In this document: piece by piece, positions 52,414 to 64,000 of the stretch
Numbering within the stretch: position 1 is the first letter of the stretch
Layout: each line of letters opens with the position of its first letter
NCBI GenBank assembly: GCA_032718475.1
Contig: JAUCBJ010000648.1
Coordinates: 1 to 64,000, forward strand
Length of the DNA: 64,000 nt
Reading direction: 5' to 3'
Source: Nemertoderma westbladi
Lineage: Eukaryota; Animalia; Xenacoelomorpha
Position numbers and translations under genes: made by a program
Notes under the pieces: model-generated
Told to the model about the DNA's origin: nothing
What the model saw: the letters and a program-made list of their open reading frames with translations, nothing else
The model's database searches: none

Positions 52414-53046
52414 TATTGGAAGTATAGTTACATAATAATTACTACTAGAGGGAATACAACAGAGTTTATTGTTAGTTGTGAGGAGATGTGAGAGTTTTCG
52501 TCTGCCCTTTTGGCTCGACAACGCTCTAACCTCCTACCCATAGCCTAAGATCTAGGGTTTCTTTAATGACATACTGTTTCTTATCTAAAATTTTTTGCCG
52601 AAATAAAAACGAATTTGGGCTAAACTGGGCTAACTTTGATCCCAAACTATTATCAGAAAATAAGCAATCGAGAGTTAGTAATAAATATAGGGAAGTCTAT
52701 TTGTTGACGTAACTTTTGAAACAAGACCGTGTAAAATTTTAATTTTAAAAAGAAAGGCTCGCGAGTCTTCCGTTCTCTTGTTTCTTTAATTTTAAGTCCC
52801 ACCCGACTGTACCCTGAAATCTATTCACTGGAGAAAATTTTTAAAAATTTTTCAAATCCAAATGGATTGTCTAAAATTTCGAAAATGTCTCAATATTGTG
52901 AGTTCCAAGTAGAATTCCATTTCTTATACCTACAAATCCCGCTCCTATGTGACACATAAGGGTACTACCCTCAATGTTCACATATAAAGACAATGGAATT
53001 CTACCGCTGTGTACAGGTACGTGGAAATCTATTTGTAAACTCCTTA

Positions 53047-56000
53047 CTATTTACTAACATTAGTTGGAGACTTGTAATCTCCAGACTCGTTTCGAGTCTC
53101 TTCAAGAAGTACGAGACATTGGGTCGGTATGTCTACTGTACGACCGTCAATTGCCCGTACCGTCACAGTTCTTGTCACTCCATCCATAGATGGATGTGTG
53201 TCTAAAATAACACCTGTTATCCAGAAGTGTCTTTTTAAATTCACTTCTGCCAACAGCACGTGATCTCCCGCTCTTAAAGCGCGAGTATTGTTGTACCAAG
53301 TAGTTCTGGCAGAAATAGAGGGCAAATAATGATTTTGCCATATTTCCCAGAATTTGTTAGCCAGTAGTTGCGTGATTTTCCACGCTTTTCTACCATAGCT
53401 GTCGCCTTCTATTGGAATAGAAATAGGCATTAATGAAGTCGGTGCCTGCATTAGCAGGTGTGCAGGTGTTAAAGCAAACTGGGATTGTTTGTCATCGGGT
53501 ACTAATACTATTGGTCTAGTATTTAGTATTGCCTCGATTTCAACAAACAATGTTGTCAGTTGGTCGTCTGTCAAGATGTGGTTTACTGGAATTACTTTCG
53601 CCATGGCTGTTTTTATAGATCTAATCAATCTCTCCCAGACTCCGCCTCTCCATGGACTATCTGGAGGATTAAACTTCCAAACAATTTTGTAAGGACATAG
53701 TTCGTTTGAGATTTGATCATGATCTAATTTCTTAAAGGCTCTAGCAATTTCATTTCGAGCACCAACAAAGTTTGTACCTTGGTCTGAGTACAAGCATTTT
53801 ACTAGTCCGCGTCTAGCGATAAATCGCCGCAATGCTAGTATAAAAGCGTTGGTGGAAAGATCCATCACACGTTCAATATGAACTGCCCTACTGGACATGC
53901 ATGTGAAAATCAGTCCCCAGCGTTTTACTAGTATACGTCCACGTTTCGTATGTATGGGACCAAAGCAGTCAATTCCAGTCTCTGTGAAAGGTGGTCTGAA
54001 TGCTTGTAGTCGTGCTTGTGGAAGTTCACTCATTTCTTGGGTACTTATTCTAGAATGTACCTTTTTACAAATAATACACATGCGCGTCACCGAACTTAGC
54101 GCTTTACTGGGTCTAATTAATACAAATCTTGTACGTAAGTAGGAAAGACAGTGGTGTCTTCCAGCGTGTTTCAGATGTAAATGTGCGTCCAGTATCATTG
54201 CACGTTGTAATTCGTGATGTTGTGGTATTATTATTGGGTACCTAAAATCAGTATTAAAGTCTATGTTTTGAAGCCGAGATTTATGACAAATTAAGCCATT
54301 ATAAATTATCGGACTCCAACTCAATATTGGTGGCGACTTGATTGGTTGACCTTGACTTATGGATGTGAATTCGTGTGCGAAATATTCCAATTGGTAATGG
54401 CGAATTAATTTAATTTCACATCTGTCAATCTCAGTCAATGTGAGTCGACGTATAAAGTCGCGTTTGCCTTTAACGTATTGTACAAAACGTACAATCCACG
54501 CTAATTTTCGGCACTCATTTGTCCAAGAATCTGTCAGATGTACAATACGGTCGACGTAAGTATTTATGACGTCATCAGGTAAGTCAATGATGAATTTTGA
54601 AGGTTTTGTTTTACTAGATGGGCCCACGGGTCCGCCGGTAGGTATTCCCTTGTTGACTGTTGATCCGTCCGGGTCTACGAGTAATTTGTCCCTCTTCGTC
54701 TTCTTACCTTGATTGTCAGTATCTTGTGAGTCGATCCCAGGTCTCACCGTAGGTTGTATGGTTGGTATGTCTCTTGAGCGTAAAGTAACACCTGTATTTA
54801 CATTTGCGTAGGTACTACCCACATCTGTAATACATGAGGTTTCACTGTGCTTATGGTTACTCAAGAGTGTCAAATTTGGTATTTTGTCAATAGAAGGCCG
54901 CTCCATTAGGGAAACTGCGGCTTTACTATGTGTTAGTATGTTACTAGTGTCCGGTAGAACATCTTGTGAAATGTCTGGTAAAATGTTTCGCAGAACATCC
55001 GGCGAAACGTCTAGTGACAGTCTGACAAAACGTCTGGTTGACAGTCTGGTAATGTGTCTGGTTTATCGTCTGGCGATACATCTGGTTGACCGTCTGGTAA
55101 CGTGTCTGGTTGACCGTCTGGCGATACGTCTGGTGTAGAAAGGCTCGCAAGTCTTCCGGCCTTAACTTTGTAAGTTATATTTTTCCATTTCGCCTTTGGT
55201 TTTTTCTTGAGTTTCGCCGTTGTCTTTTTCTTTGCTTTCCCTTTCTTTGGCTTTTTAATTTCGGCGTCCTTAGGGATAGTGTTAGACTTGTTATCGTATA
55301 GTGGCGGCCAATGTTGTGTTGCTCTTTGTAAGAATTGTGGTCCGTGTTGCCAAAATTTCTTGTTCTCCGGTTTACAGAATTCCTCGGGCATCATTCCTCG
55401 CGACGCAATATCAGCTGGATTTTGTGGTCCGGGACAATGTCGCCAATCTTCTTTTATTGAACGGTCTAGTATTTCTGCACGACGATTAGCTACAAATGTC
55501 TTAAATTCAAGTGTGTCGTTGTTTATATAAAATAAAACTAACGTCGCGTCAGTCCAATAAAATATCTGTAAACTTGACTGTAGTTCCGTCTGTATAAGGT
55601 TTACAATGGTGGTTGACAGAGTTGCGGCTTGTAGCTCAGCGCGTGGTGTCGTCATGTACTTAGTAGGCATGGTCTTAGCCTTGGAAGTAATGAGCGAAAC
55701 ATCAAACTCATCTGAGTCTACTTGTCTGCGCAAATACGCATGTCACTCCAAAGCCGTTGTCACTGGCGTCGGAAAAACAATGTAATTCTAAGTTGTCAGG
55801 AAATGTCGTCTGTAATGGAAAGTACACCCGGGGTATGGAATAATCCTCTAGCGAAGATAATTGCGCCTCCCAAGTTTTCCATAAGACTACTTGTTCTGAT
55901 GAGATCGGTTCGTCCCATGTCAGTCCATCTTTCCAAATACTGCGCATGTATATTCTTGCTTGCAGTATTATTGGGCTGATAAAACCTAATGGATCGAACA

Positions 56001-59000
56001 GTCTACTTAGTTTTGACAAGCAAGACCTCTTTGTCAGAGAATCTCCTTGAGCGTCCAGTCTTACCTTCACTCGAAAGTTGTCTGTGTTCGGGTCCCAAAA
56101 TAGTCCCAACACCTTTGTCGTCGGTAGTGGTTCAAATTCCAAGTCAATGTCACCACCCCCACGTTCAGTCGTTTCGAATTAATTTACTAATTCGGTACTG
56201 TTCGAAGCAAACTTGGTGAGGTTAAAACCTCCGCCAGCTAAACAGTCCCGTAATTGATGTGCTACTGTAATGGCACGTTCTACTGTGTCGCAAATTTGTA
56301 ATCCATCATCAACGTAAAAGTCTCGTTCTATTACTTGGATTACCTCTGGGTCATACTTATGTTTCTGATCCCTAGCGGTCTGCTTTAGGGTGTACATAGT
56401 GCAATTTGGGCTGTCTCTGGTACCGAATACGCGAACTTGCATTTGGTAAGTCGCCGGTGGTTGACTTAAATCTCCATCCGGGTACCAGAGGAACCTCAAA
56501 CTGTCTCTGTCTCGCTCTAACGCTCGCACCTGGTGAAACATGGCTTCGACGTCGCAAGTAAATGCTACTTGGCGTTGACGGAAGCGCATAATCACCCCCA
56601 TGAGATAATTATTCATGTTTGGTCCATCCATCAACTCCGTATTGAGAGACATTCCCTCAAACAGAGCCGCGCAGTCATTTACTACACATACCTTGTCTGG
56701 TTTGTCGGGGTGTCTCACGTAGTGATGTGGCAAATAGTATGTCTGGTCTGTCACAATCTCTGGGTTTGTCATCCTGATAGCGTACCCTTTCGTCAAATAC
56801 GTCTCCATCTGAGTATTATACTGCAGATGGGCTTTCTCGTCCTTTAATAAACGTTGTCGTATTGAGTTTAAACGTCTTAAGGCTAGCGGATAATTGTTTA
56901 TAAGTTTAGGACGTTGGTTACGCCATAACATCCCTACCTCATAATGTCCGTCTTTAGTCTGATGGATAGTATCTTCCATGATCTTTAAGGATTGTTTTTC
57001 TTGTTCCGACATGCATGGTTCGTAACTACCAGGTTCGGCTGTGTCTTGTTCCAACCACTTGATAGTTTTCTCTGTTAATTCTTTGTCCAAAGCAGCTTGT
57101 TCCACTTGACAATTTCTTAATGTGTCGACATCGACAGGTGTTGATAAGGTTATTGGTTGAGGTAGACTCGCAAGCCTTCCGGCGTTATCATCTATCGTTG
57201 ATGGATCCTCTGCCTGATGTGTCTCCTTCTTAATCTCTAAACTTACCTCTTTGTACAGTGGTTTCTGCTCCCTTTGACTTGTTGTACTTGCCACACATGT
57301 CGTACTTGTCACTTTGTCGTGTTTTGTCGAGTTTCGGCGTGTAGTATAGTCAATGTCGTTCGAAAAAGAATGAGTCAAAGTTGTAGTTAATAAACTACAT
57401 GTACTTTGCACATCATCTTCCTCGTCACTTATATCTAGTGTGCGCACAGGCGCTCGAGTATACCACCCTATCGGCGTTCTGCAGGCGTATGCGTTTCCTG
57501 CTACGACTACCGATGGTCTGGTTTCCCACACTTGATGTAAGTTGAATTGGTCTGTCCCAATCAGCATTGCTACTGACCTATAATTAACAGGACATTCAGG
57601 TACACCAAGGTGCCTAAAATACTTACGGTCCTCTAAGGATTGTTCTGGCACTGGACCCAGTAGGTTACTAAAGTCCTTAGTGGCTGCAAAGGTTAAATCC
57701 TTAAAGGGTAACAAAGACCTCTCCTTTTCGCTATGTTGCGATTTCGGAAGAAGTGTGTCTAAGTTCAACTTAACTCGTGTCACTGGTATTGCACGTTGTC
57801 CATGCATACTACTTACAGTATATCTGACGTTCTTACCTTGTCGAAGATCCGTCACGACGTCAGCTACCTTCTCATCCACATAGCTGTGAGATGAGGCTGA
57901 ATCTAAAATAGCGTAGATCCGTTTGCTCCCTTTGGTGCCCGTAATCTTAACAGGAATTACGCTAAATCCCTTCAGCTGATCAGGCGTCAGAAGTGCAATC
58001 GATGGTTGTTCGTCTCCATCTAAGTATGTGTCATCGTCTTCTGATTCTTCATCTGAAGACCCGGATTGTTCTGGGAAACAATCCCAAATATGCGTCACAA
58101 AGGTTGGTGTTGTTTTTGGTTCTCGCGTCTTGTACGCAGTGTTGCACTTCGCTGCTGCTTCTGGGTGTTCCCTGGTGAAGCATTTTGTCGGTGTATGACT
58201 ATCGGTGTGGAGCAAACCGTCATGGTTGCGTCTACAGGAAGGACAGGTGTCCGTATTTGTGCAATCTTTACGGACATGTCCGTGTTGAGTACACCTCCAA
58301 CAAGAATCCAATGATCGTATCTGTAGTCTTCGTTCTTCTGAGTTCAACTCACGAAATAGTCGACATCCCCTTAACTTGTGACTAGTGTGTCGCTTACCTA
58401 TCCGCTCGCAGTATTGACAACCGCTGAAGTCGGCATTTAGTTGCTGCCTAGTCTGTTTGATTCCAATGGGTGCGGACACGTTATAACCATCAGAAAATTG
58501 TCGGGTTTCCGTCGGTGTAGCGTATGTGACCGTCCTCGTGGATGTCGTCTGTGGTTTTTGTCGGTTGGTCGATGGCAAAGTTATTCTTTCGGCTATAATG
58601 TGTTGATCCGTGTAGTTCGAACGAGTCTCCACTACTGCCTCCCTAGATATTAATAGGTACACATCTTCCAATCTTAAAAATCCACCTGTTTCTTCTCGCT
58701 GATACTCGATCTTTCTCCACTCCCTACGAAGTCGATGGTGTAATCTCCCTATTATTTTTAATAGGACTGTAGGAGTGTTTCCGTAATCAAGTTGTCCAAT
58801 CGACCGTAATGTCTTAATAGCGTTCTTGATTTCGTCAGCTAATTTAAGTAAGTCCACGGGTTTCGTAATGGCCCCTCCTTTACAGAGTTCCTCTATTACT
58901 GACTTGGCCATACTTACTGTACCTCCATAAATGGAAGTTAAGCGATCGTGTTCTAATTCGAAGGCGTCTGGTACACCGACGAAAGTCTCTGCTAGACGTT

Positions 59001-61791
59001 TTGGTTCTCCCGTCAGCATTTGAAGCAGGTAGTTAAACTTTTCCCTCGATGTAAAAGCGCATGCCGCAATTTGAGATTCGATGTAATCCACGAAGGTATG
59101 CTAATGTTTTGAGTTTCCGGAGAACTTTGGTGGTTGCTGCGCCGGTAATCCTTGTCTGGCTGCGAACTTAGCTATCTCTTCTGCAACATTCAAAGTTTCG
59201 CGTCCCTGGGTAACAATAGAGTTCGTTTTTCCCTGTCCAGGACGTCTTTTCTCATACTCTACATTCCCTGAAAGTACCATCCTTTGCGGATGCTTCGGGT
59301 GTCTAGTATGTTCGAATTCCGTGTTTCTCGAACTATCAGTTTGAACTTCCTCTAAGCGTTCCTTGATCTGGGCCAACTTGTTGACAACTGGTCGCATTAT
59401 GTCGGCTAATTGTTGCGTACTAATTGCGTCCGTTGGTTGTAACGCTTTCTGTGTTGGTGTATTTTGTGGAGGATTATCTATAAAGGAATTAGTTGAACGC
59501 TCGCGTTTGCATTCATCGGCCGCTCCTGTTCTAAACACCTCGCGTTCCGGGTAATCCGATTCGCTCAAAGTACTACTATCACCTGGATACGGTGGCCGAC
59601 GTGCTCGCGTCCGTTGGGTTGTCCGAATTCTAACATTCCGTTTCGAAACATCGTCTACTGGTCTCCGTTGTTCGGTAGGCTCACAAGTCTTCCTTGAAGT
59701 CGTAGATTGCGATGTAAACTGATTAAACGGTCGCGTGTCTACTGGTCTCCGTTGTTCGGTAGGCTCACAAGTCTTCCTCGAAGTCGTAGATTGCAATGTA
59801 AACTGATTAAACGGTCGCGTGTCTACTGGTCTCCGTTGTTCGGTAGGCTCACAAGTCTTCCTCGAAGTCGTAGATTGCGATGTAAACTGATTAAACGGTC
59901 GCGTGTCTACTGGTCTCCGTTGTTCGGTAGGCTCACAAGTCTTCCTCGAAGTCGTAGATTGCGATGTAAACTGATTAAACGGTCGCGTGTCTACTGGTCT
60001 CCGTTGTTCGGTAGGCTCACAAGTCTTCCTCGAAGTCGTAGATTGCGATGTAAACTGAATTTGTGGTCGTGTGTTGGCGTTTGAGTCTAACGGCCTTGAA
60101 GGCCTGAATACGATTGGGTTTGCGTAGTGTGTCACAGGTTTAGGTGTCGAAGGTTGACTCACCTGTTTAGTCGTCATTAATGTAGGTCCGACTAATAAAC
60201 TACTACGATCCGTTATTGGCGGATTACTTACCTTGACCTTTGGAATAGGCGATGACGTTGCTCTTGGCGGTACAAACTTGTCCGGAATAACATACCTGTG
60301 TTCCGTCGCATTGTGTATAGGAGATATACTGCTACTACCAGCAATCGAAACAGGTCCTTTATTCGTAATTGGTGCGAACATCGGAGTTACTTGAGGAAAT
60401 CGTTGACATAAGTCTTTAACCAATTCCTGTTCTCGCTCAGGTGCTCCTACGCTTCCTTCCTTCATTCGTTCCTGAATTTGACGATGTCTTACCTCTATCC
60501 GGTCTAGATCGTGTCCGTCTTGAAGATCCAGATCTTCTTTGGCATTGGCTAATTCCCTCGCCTTCTTTTCGAGTTCGAAATGAAGTTTAACTTCCTTCTC
60601 GCGTTGTTCCGTCTGTTGTTGTTGCGCCTCGAACTCTGCTAGTCGTATAGCTGATTGAGCCTTTATCTGCCGTTTTCTCAACTCGGCTCGGGCTTCCGAA
60701 ACTCGCTTTTGTTCTTCTAACTCTGCTGCTTGTCGTTCCAACTCAGCTGTTGCTGCTCGTTGCGCTAACTCAGCTGCCGCTGTTTGCTGTGCTATTTCTA
60801 GCTCTAGCCTTTCCATCTCAGCTGCTTCTAGTTCGGCTGCTTCTTGTAGATGAGAGATTCTCGCAACATTTGCGACGCGTAGTTTCTCTTCCTCTACAGC
60901 TGCTTGTACAGTTAATAATTGAGTTTGTTCCTCAATTTCTCGTTGTTGTCTGTAGTACTGTTGTTGCTGTCGAGAAATTTCTGACGTTACCATACTTACC
61001 TCGCCAATTTCGCTGCGAATACTCACCAATGATTGATCCAGTATTCCCGGTGCCAGTTCGATTTGTACGGGTGAAGTTTCCCTCGTATCTTCCGGCACGG
61101 TTTCCAAATCGCCGACGTCTTCGCCGCACATACGTAAGTGATCTGTCAGATGTTTCAATTGTCCATCCAGTCTGTACAGTTCCTGTTCTTCCTCGGGTTG
61201 TAATAATTCGTCAGAAACTGACTCACCTAACAACTGGTCCGCTTGTTCTTGTTGTATCAATCTAACGGCCGTCTTAAACTGAATTAATTTCTCCCTGGCG
61301 ATTATTAATTTCTCGAGGATTCTGAACTGAGTGTCCGCGTCCTGCCTTTGTCTAGCTAGATCTTGTAGACTGATCAGGTTATCTACGGACTTATGTACTT
61401 TACTTTTTACTCTAACCTGTAAGGTGTAGAACTCGAACCGGGACATCGGAGCGGTCAACTCGTTTAATATGCGTTGGCCTTCTCCAATACTCCTGGTGAT
61501 ATGCGCCATGTATCCTCCGACGCTTCTAACTACGCTCTCTTGGCTTCCTACTGAACTTACCATGTCCGTTTCCCTGTGTCTAGGTTGCGGGACCGTTAGA
61601 AAATCCTCAGTCCTGCCGTCGCCTCGTACTACGGCATCCGGTACTCCCGTTAGATGTACTGGTGACGCGCACGGTGTAGGTTCGGTAGGCTCGCGAGTCT
61701 TCCCCTGTGGTTCTTCCGCTACTGACTTATCCGCGTCACATGAGTCATAGTCGGTAGGTGTATTCTTCGTATAGTCCTGTTTGTCACTCAT
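53047..61791 (-). pseudogene. pol: E3 gag-pol polyprotein (BEL/Pao) with 2 nonsense codons (59101, 56179) and 2 frameshifts (about 55740, 55013)
   Basis: DUF1759-like gag and triple knuckle; protease ILDSAS; RT YYLPHH..DVEAMFHQV..FG..FYVDD; RNase H FSDAS, PRAEL, WTD, NPADIASRG; integrase HH-CC, IDCFGP, SDQGTNF, WERLI; DUF5641-like tail. Confidence 0.95.
59650..60070. repeat. 84-bp coding tandem repeat (5 copies) in E3 gag
   Basis: Encodes FTSQSTTSRKTCEPTEQRRPVDTRPFNQ. Confidence 0.95.
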
Positions 61792-62556
61792 TTCGGTAGT
61801 TGTAAGTCAAGTAAAGTGAGTGTCAAAGTATCAAACTTACCGTATTTATATCTAAACGGTATTAATTACAGTCATATAAAATTAGCCTACCGGCCGATTT
61901 TATAGCAAATAGATAAAATTAGCCTAGCGGCCAATTTTACAACAAATAAATGTCACGGAGTCGGTATATAATAAAATTAGCCTACCAGCCAATTTTATAA
62001 CAAATAAAATCGGATAACGATATACGTTATCAAAAGGTAAATCAAACACAAATAATACGGACTAATTCAGCAATAAACAAAGAAATCGTACGGAATGCAT
62101 AAATACTTGAGACAGTGGAACCCACAATAATTTTAACTAATACGGTAATGCCTAACTGATTTATGCAACTTTTCGAACTCACCCCCTCCAATAATTCTCC
62201 AGAAAAACAGATTCCCAGATACAAACCGGATGTGAACCTTTCCGTTTCCAGCGTTGCGGACGAAGTGCGATTTTCCCAACCAAAATTGTTGAGTTATCTA
62301 TCTCCCAAACTTGCGAAACACGGTCTTGCTCTCGTTACAGTCTAGAAATGAGCTCTGAATCCTGAAAAACAAAAGAGTTAGCACCGGTATTTTACCGGTT
62401 TTTTAAACACCGGTATTCAATTCCAAATATTTTACACGCGGTTCAAATCAAAATTTTATTTCAAAAATTAGCACTTAGCTAATCAAATACAAATTTTTAC
62501 CTCAAAATACAAATTTTCAAATAACTTAAGTCCTACTGAACCGTAGTTCAGTAAAA

Positions 62557-62643
62557 CATATTCCTACTGAATTAGGAAATATGTTAAATAATACCATATT
62601 CCTACTGAATTAGGAAATATGTTAAATAATACCATATTCCTAC
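62557..62643 (-). promoter_or_regulatory. E3 self-complementary PBS (GTAGGAATATG, 62633-62643), triplicated by a 38-bp tandem repeat
   Basis: catattcctactgaa at 62557, 62595 and 62633; exact reverse complement at 63664-63674 (and 46870-46880). Confidence 0.8.
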
Positions 62644-64000
62644 TGAAGCGAAGAGACGTACCTGATATCCTGCAATATCCTACTGTAAAGTTTGTGAATC
62701 AAAACATAATCCGACCTTCTCACCAAAACAGTAAACTCTAAGTAAGCAAATCTATTGCAGTATCGGTCTCTTATAACCGGTGAGGCAGAAAACAGTCTAC
62801 GAACAGACAAACTTCGATAAAACAAAATCCCGCGCAGCGAATCCTAAAATCGGGCTGACTCACTGACGGACTAAGGGCGCTCGTATACTTTGCCGCGGTG
62901 TGATTTATATGTGGGTGAGAGATAGAGGCGCTAGCTAGGTGTCTAACTAGCGGGCAAAGTGCAGTACGGACAAAAATTATTTTATATATTTTGAGGTGTA
63001 AATAATTCCTAACGCATGTGTGTTTTGATTCTAACAGTCAAAATCAGTTTTAGATCCTTCATATATATAATTACTGGGTCCGGTGTACATTTTACAAATA
63101 TTCTAATTTTATAGCTTGTAGGTCCAATACTCACGAATGACAAGGCTCCTTCCCCTTTTGTGTATTTCCAGGACTCAAATTCAGGCATAAGGTTAATACT
63201 ACGCCCAGAATTCGGCAATTTAATTTACCAGGTCCCTAATACTAAGAAGAAATGTGTTAGTTTACTACAGTAGGCGTACAGTTACAAAATAGCTAGCCTG
63301 GTGTCCTATCTAGAATTTTGGTTGCCTAGGTGGGCACGGCAACTTCCTATCAGAATGTCGGCGGGGACACGGTAGATGTTAGTATCCCTAATAGCCTCAA
63401 TTTATATGCGCCTAGCAGTAAACTGCCCTACCGCCTGAACGGTACAATCCCAATTCAGGTAAAAACACAGTAACCCTTCCTGGCCTACAAGTTCTAATGC
63501 AAATGGACACCGTTGTACTACAAACGGCCACCGACGCACCTATACCTGGCAAATGAGTTAGGCGTACAGCTTGCTGCACCCTACTAATGTGTATGCCTTG
63601 TACTGGTGTGCCTGCGTTCTATCTGTGTACTAGTATCTCTCTGCCTGATCTCTTCCTCCCCCCGTAGGAATATGAAGGTCTACTGTGGGTTTTTCTGAAT
63701 TAAGACAGTACAGTCCCTAAATGTAATTTTTAGCGCACAGCGTGTCAGTACCTCTACCTTCGATCTTAGGTCTTACACTTAGGTAACGAGGCATCGAACG
63801 CTGTCTAACCTTTCAGGCGATGGGCGAATAACTAAGAATGGGTATTGCGGGTTGTCTCCTTCTACATTCCTCCGATGTTCCCGTCTATTGCCGCGGTCCG
63901 ATGTCTAGCCTGCCATCTGTCTCTCAGTTGTGTTCACCGTGGTGAAACATAGTAAAAGCAGATGTAACAAATACTTTCTAACTTTATTACAAATAAACAA
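62644..64000 (-). repeat. E3 5' LTR (truncated by the window edge)
   Basis: Direct repeat of 45850-47206. Confidence 0.95.

Larger units (their letters stand above)
45850..64000 (-). mobile_element. Very large BEL/Pao LTR retrotransposon E3 (about 18.7 kb; 5' LTR runs past the window) with accessory ORFs
   Basis: LTR copies start at 45850 and 62644 (about 7 differences in 1357 bp by eye); full gag-PR-RT-RH-IN order; inserted in a MITE, predicted TSD GTCCA (45845-45849). Confidence 0.95.

Noticed and set aside
48692-52521. env gene in the post-pol position
   Set aside because: No signal peptide, TM helix or Cys-rich glycoprotein pattern; the motifs indicate nuclease and Zn-binding proteins.
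59091-59103. Programmed stop-codon readthrough between gag ORFs (in-frame stops in all three elements)
   Set aside because: The stops are at different positions and align to sense codons in the other elements (TAG vs conserved Trp; TGA vs Arg), so they are ordinary nonsense mutations.
45850-64000. RIP/APOBEC-like hypermutation (many C>T-type stops; E3 LTR differences all transitions)
   Set aside because: Transition-derived stops can only arise from CAA/CAG/CGA/TGG, most E3 LTR changes are at CpG, and the E2 LTRs include transversions; there are too few events.
1-64000. Uni-strand piRNA-cluster-like orientation of the three BEL elements
   Set aside because: Only three elements, the LINEs occur on both strands, and no small-RNA data are available.

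Overview
AT-rich eukaryotic (invertebrate-like) genomic DNA. The host content is a tandem array of minus-strand Ig/FN3 single-pass receptor genes: one complete 4-exon copy of about 1000 aa (25643-36840), exon 1 of a second copy (7014-7866) and a truncated third exon 1 (about 44845-45001). Three different minus-strand BEL/Pao LTR retrotransposons are inserted: E1 (5' part only, 1-~5140), E2 (complete with TSD but internally deleted, 11454-23074) and E3 (about 18.7 kb, 45850 to beyond 64000). Also present are LINE fragments, MITEs, foldback-type repeats and a minimal hammerhead ribozyme. The most striking signal is that none of the three BEL/Pao elements has a tRNA-type (TGG...) primer-binding site. 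Instead, the 11-12 nt directly after the 5' LTR are the exact reverse complement of a segment inside the element's own LTR, ending flush with the LTR terminus, which is a Tf1-like self-priming signature. E2 and E3 also share an unrecognised Zn-motif accessory ORF after pol. E3 adds a DEDDy 3'-5' exonuclease with CCHC knuckles, a dispersed 17-nt hairpin motif (12 copies) and a tRNA-like Pol III cassette in its probable U3. All calls were made by eye, with no database searches.
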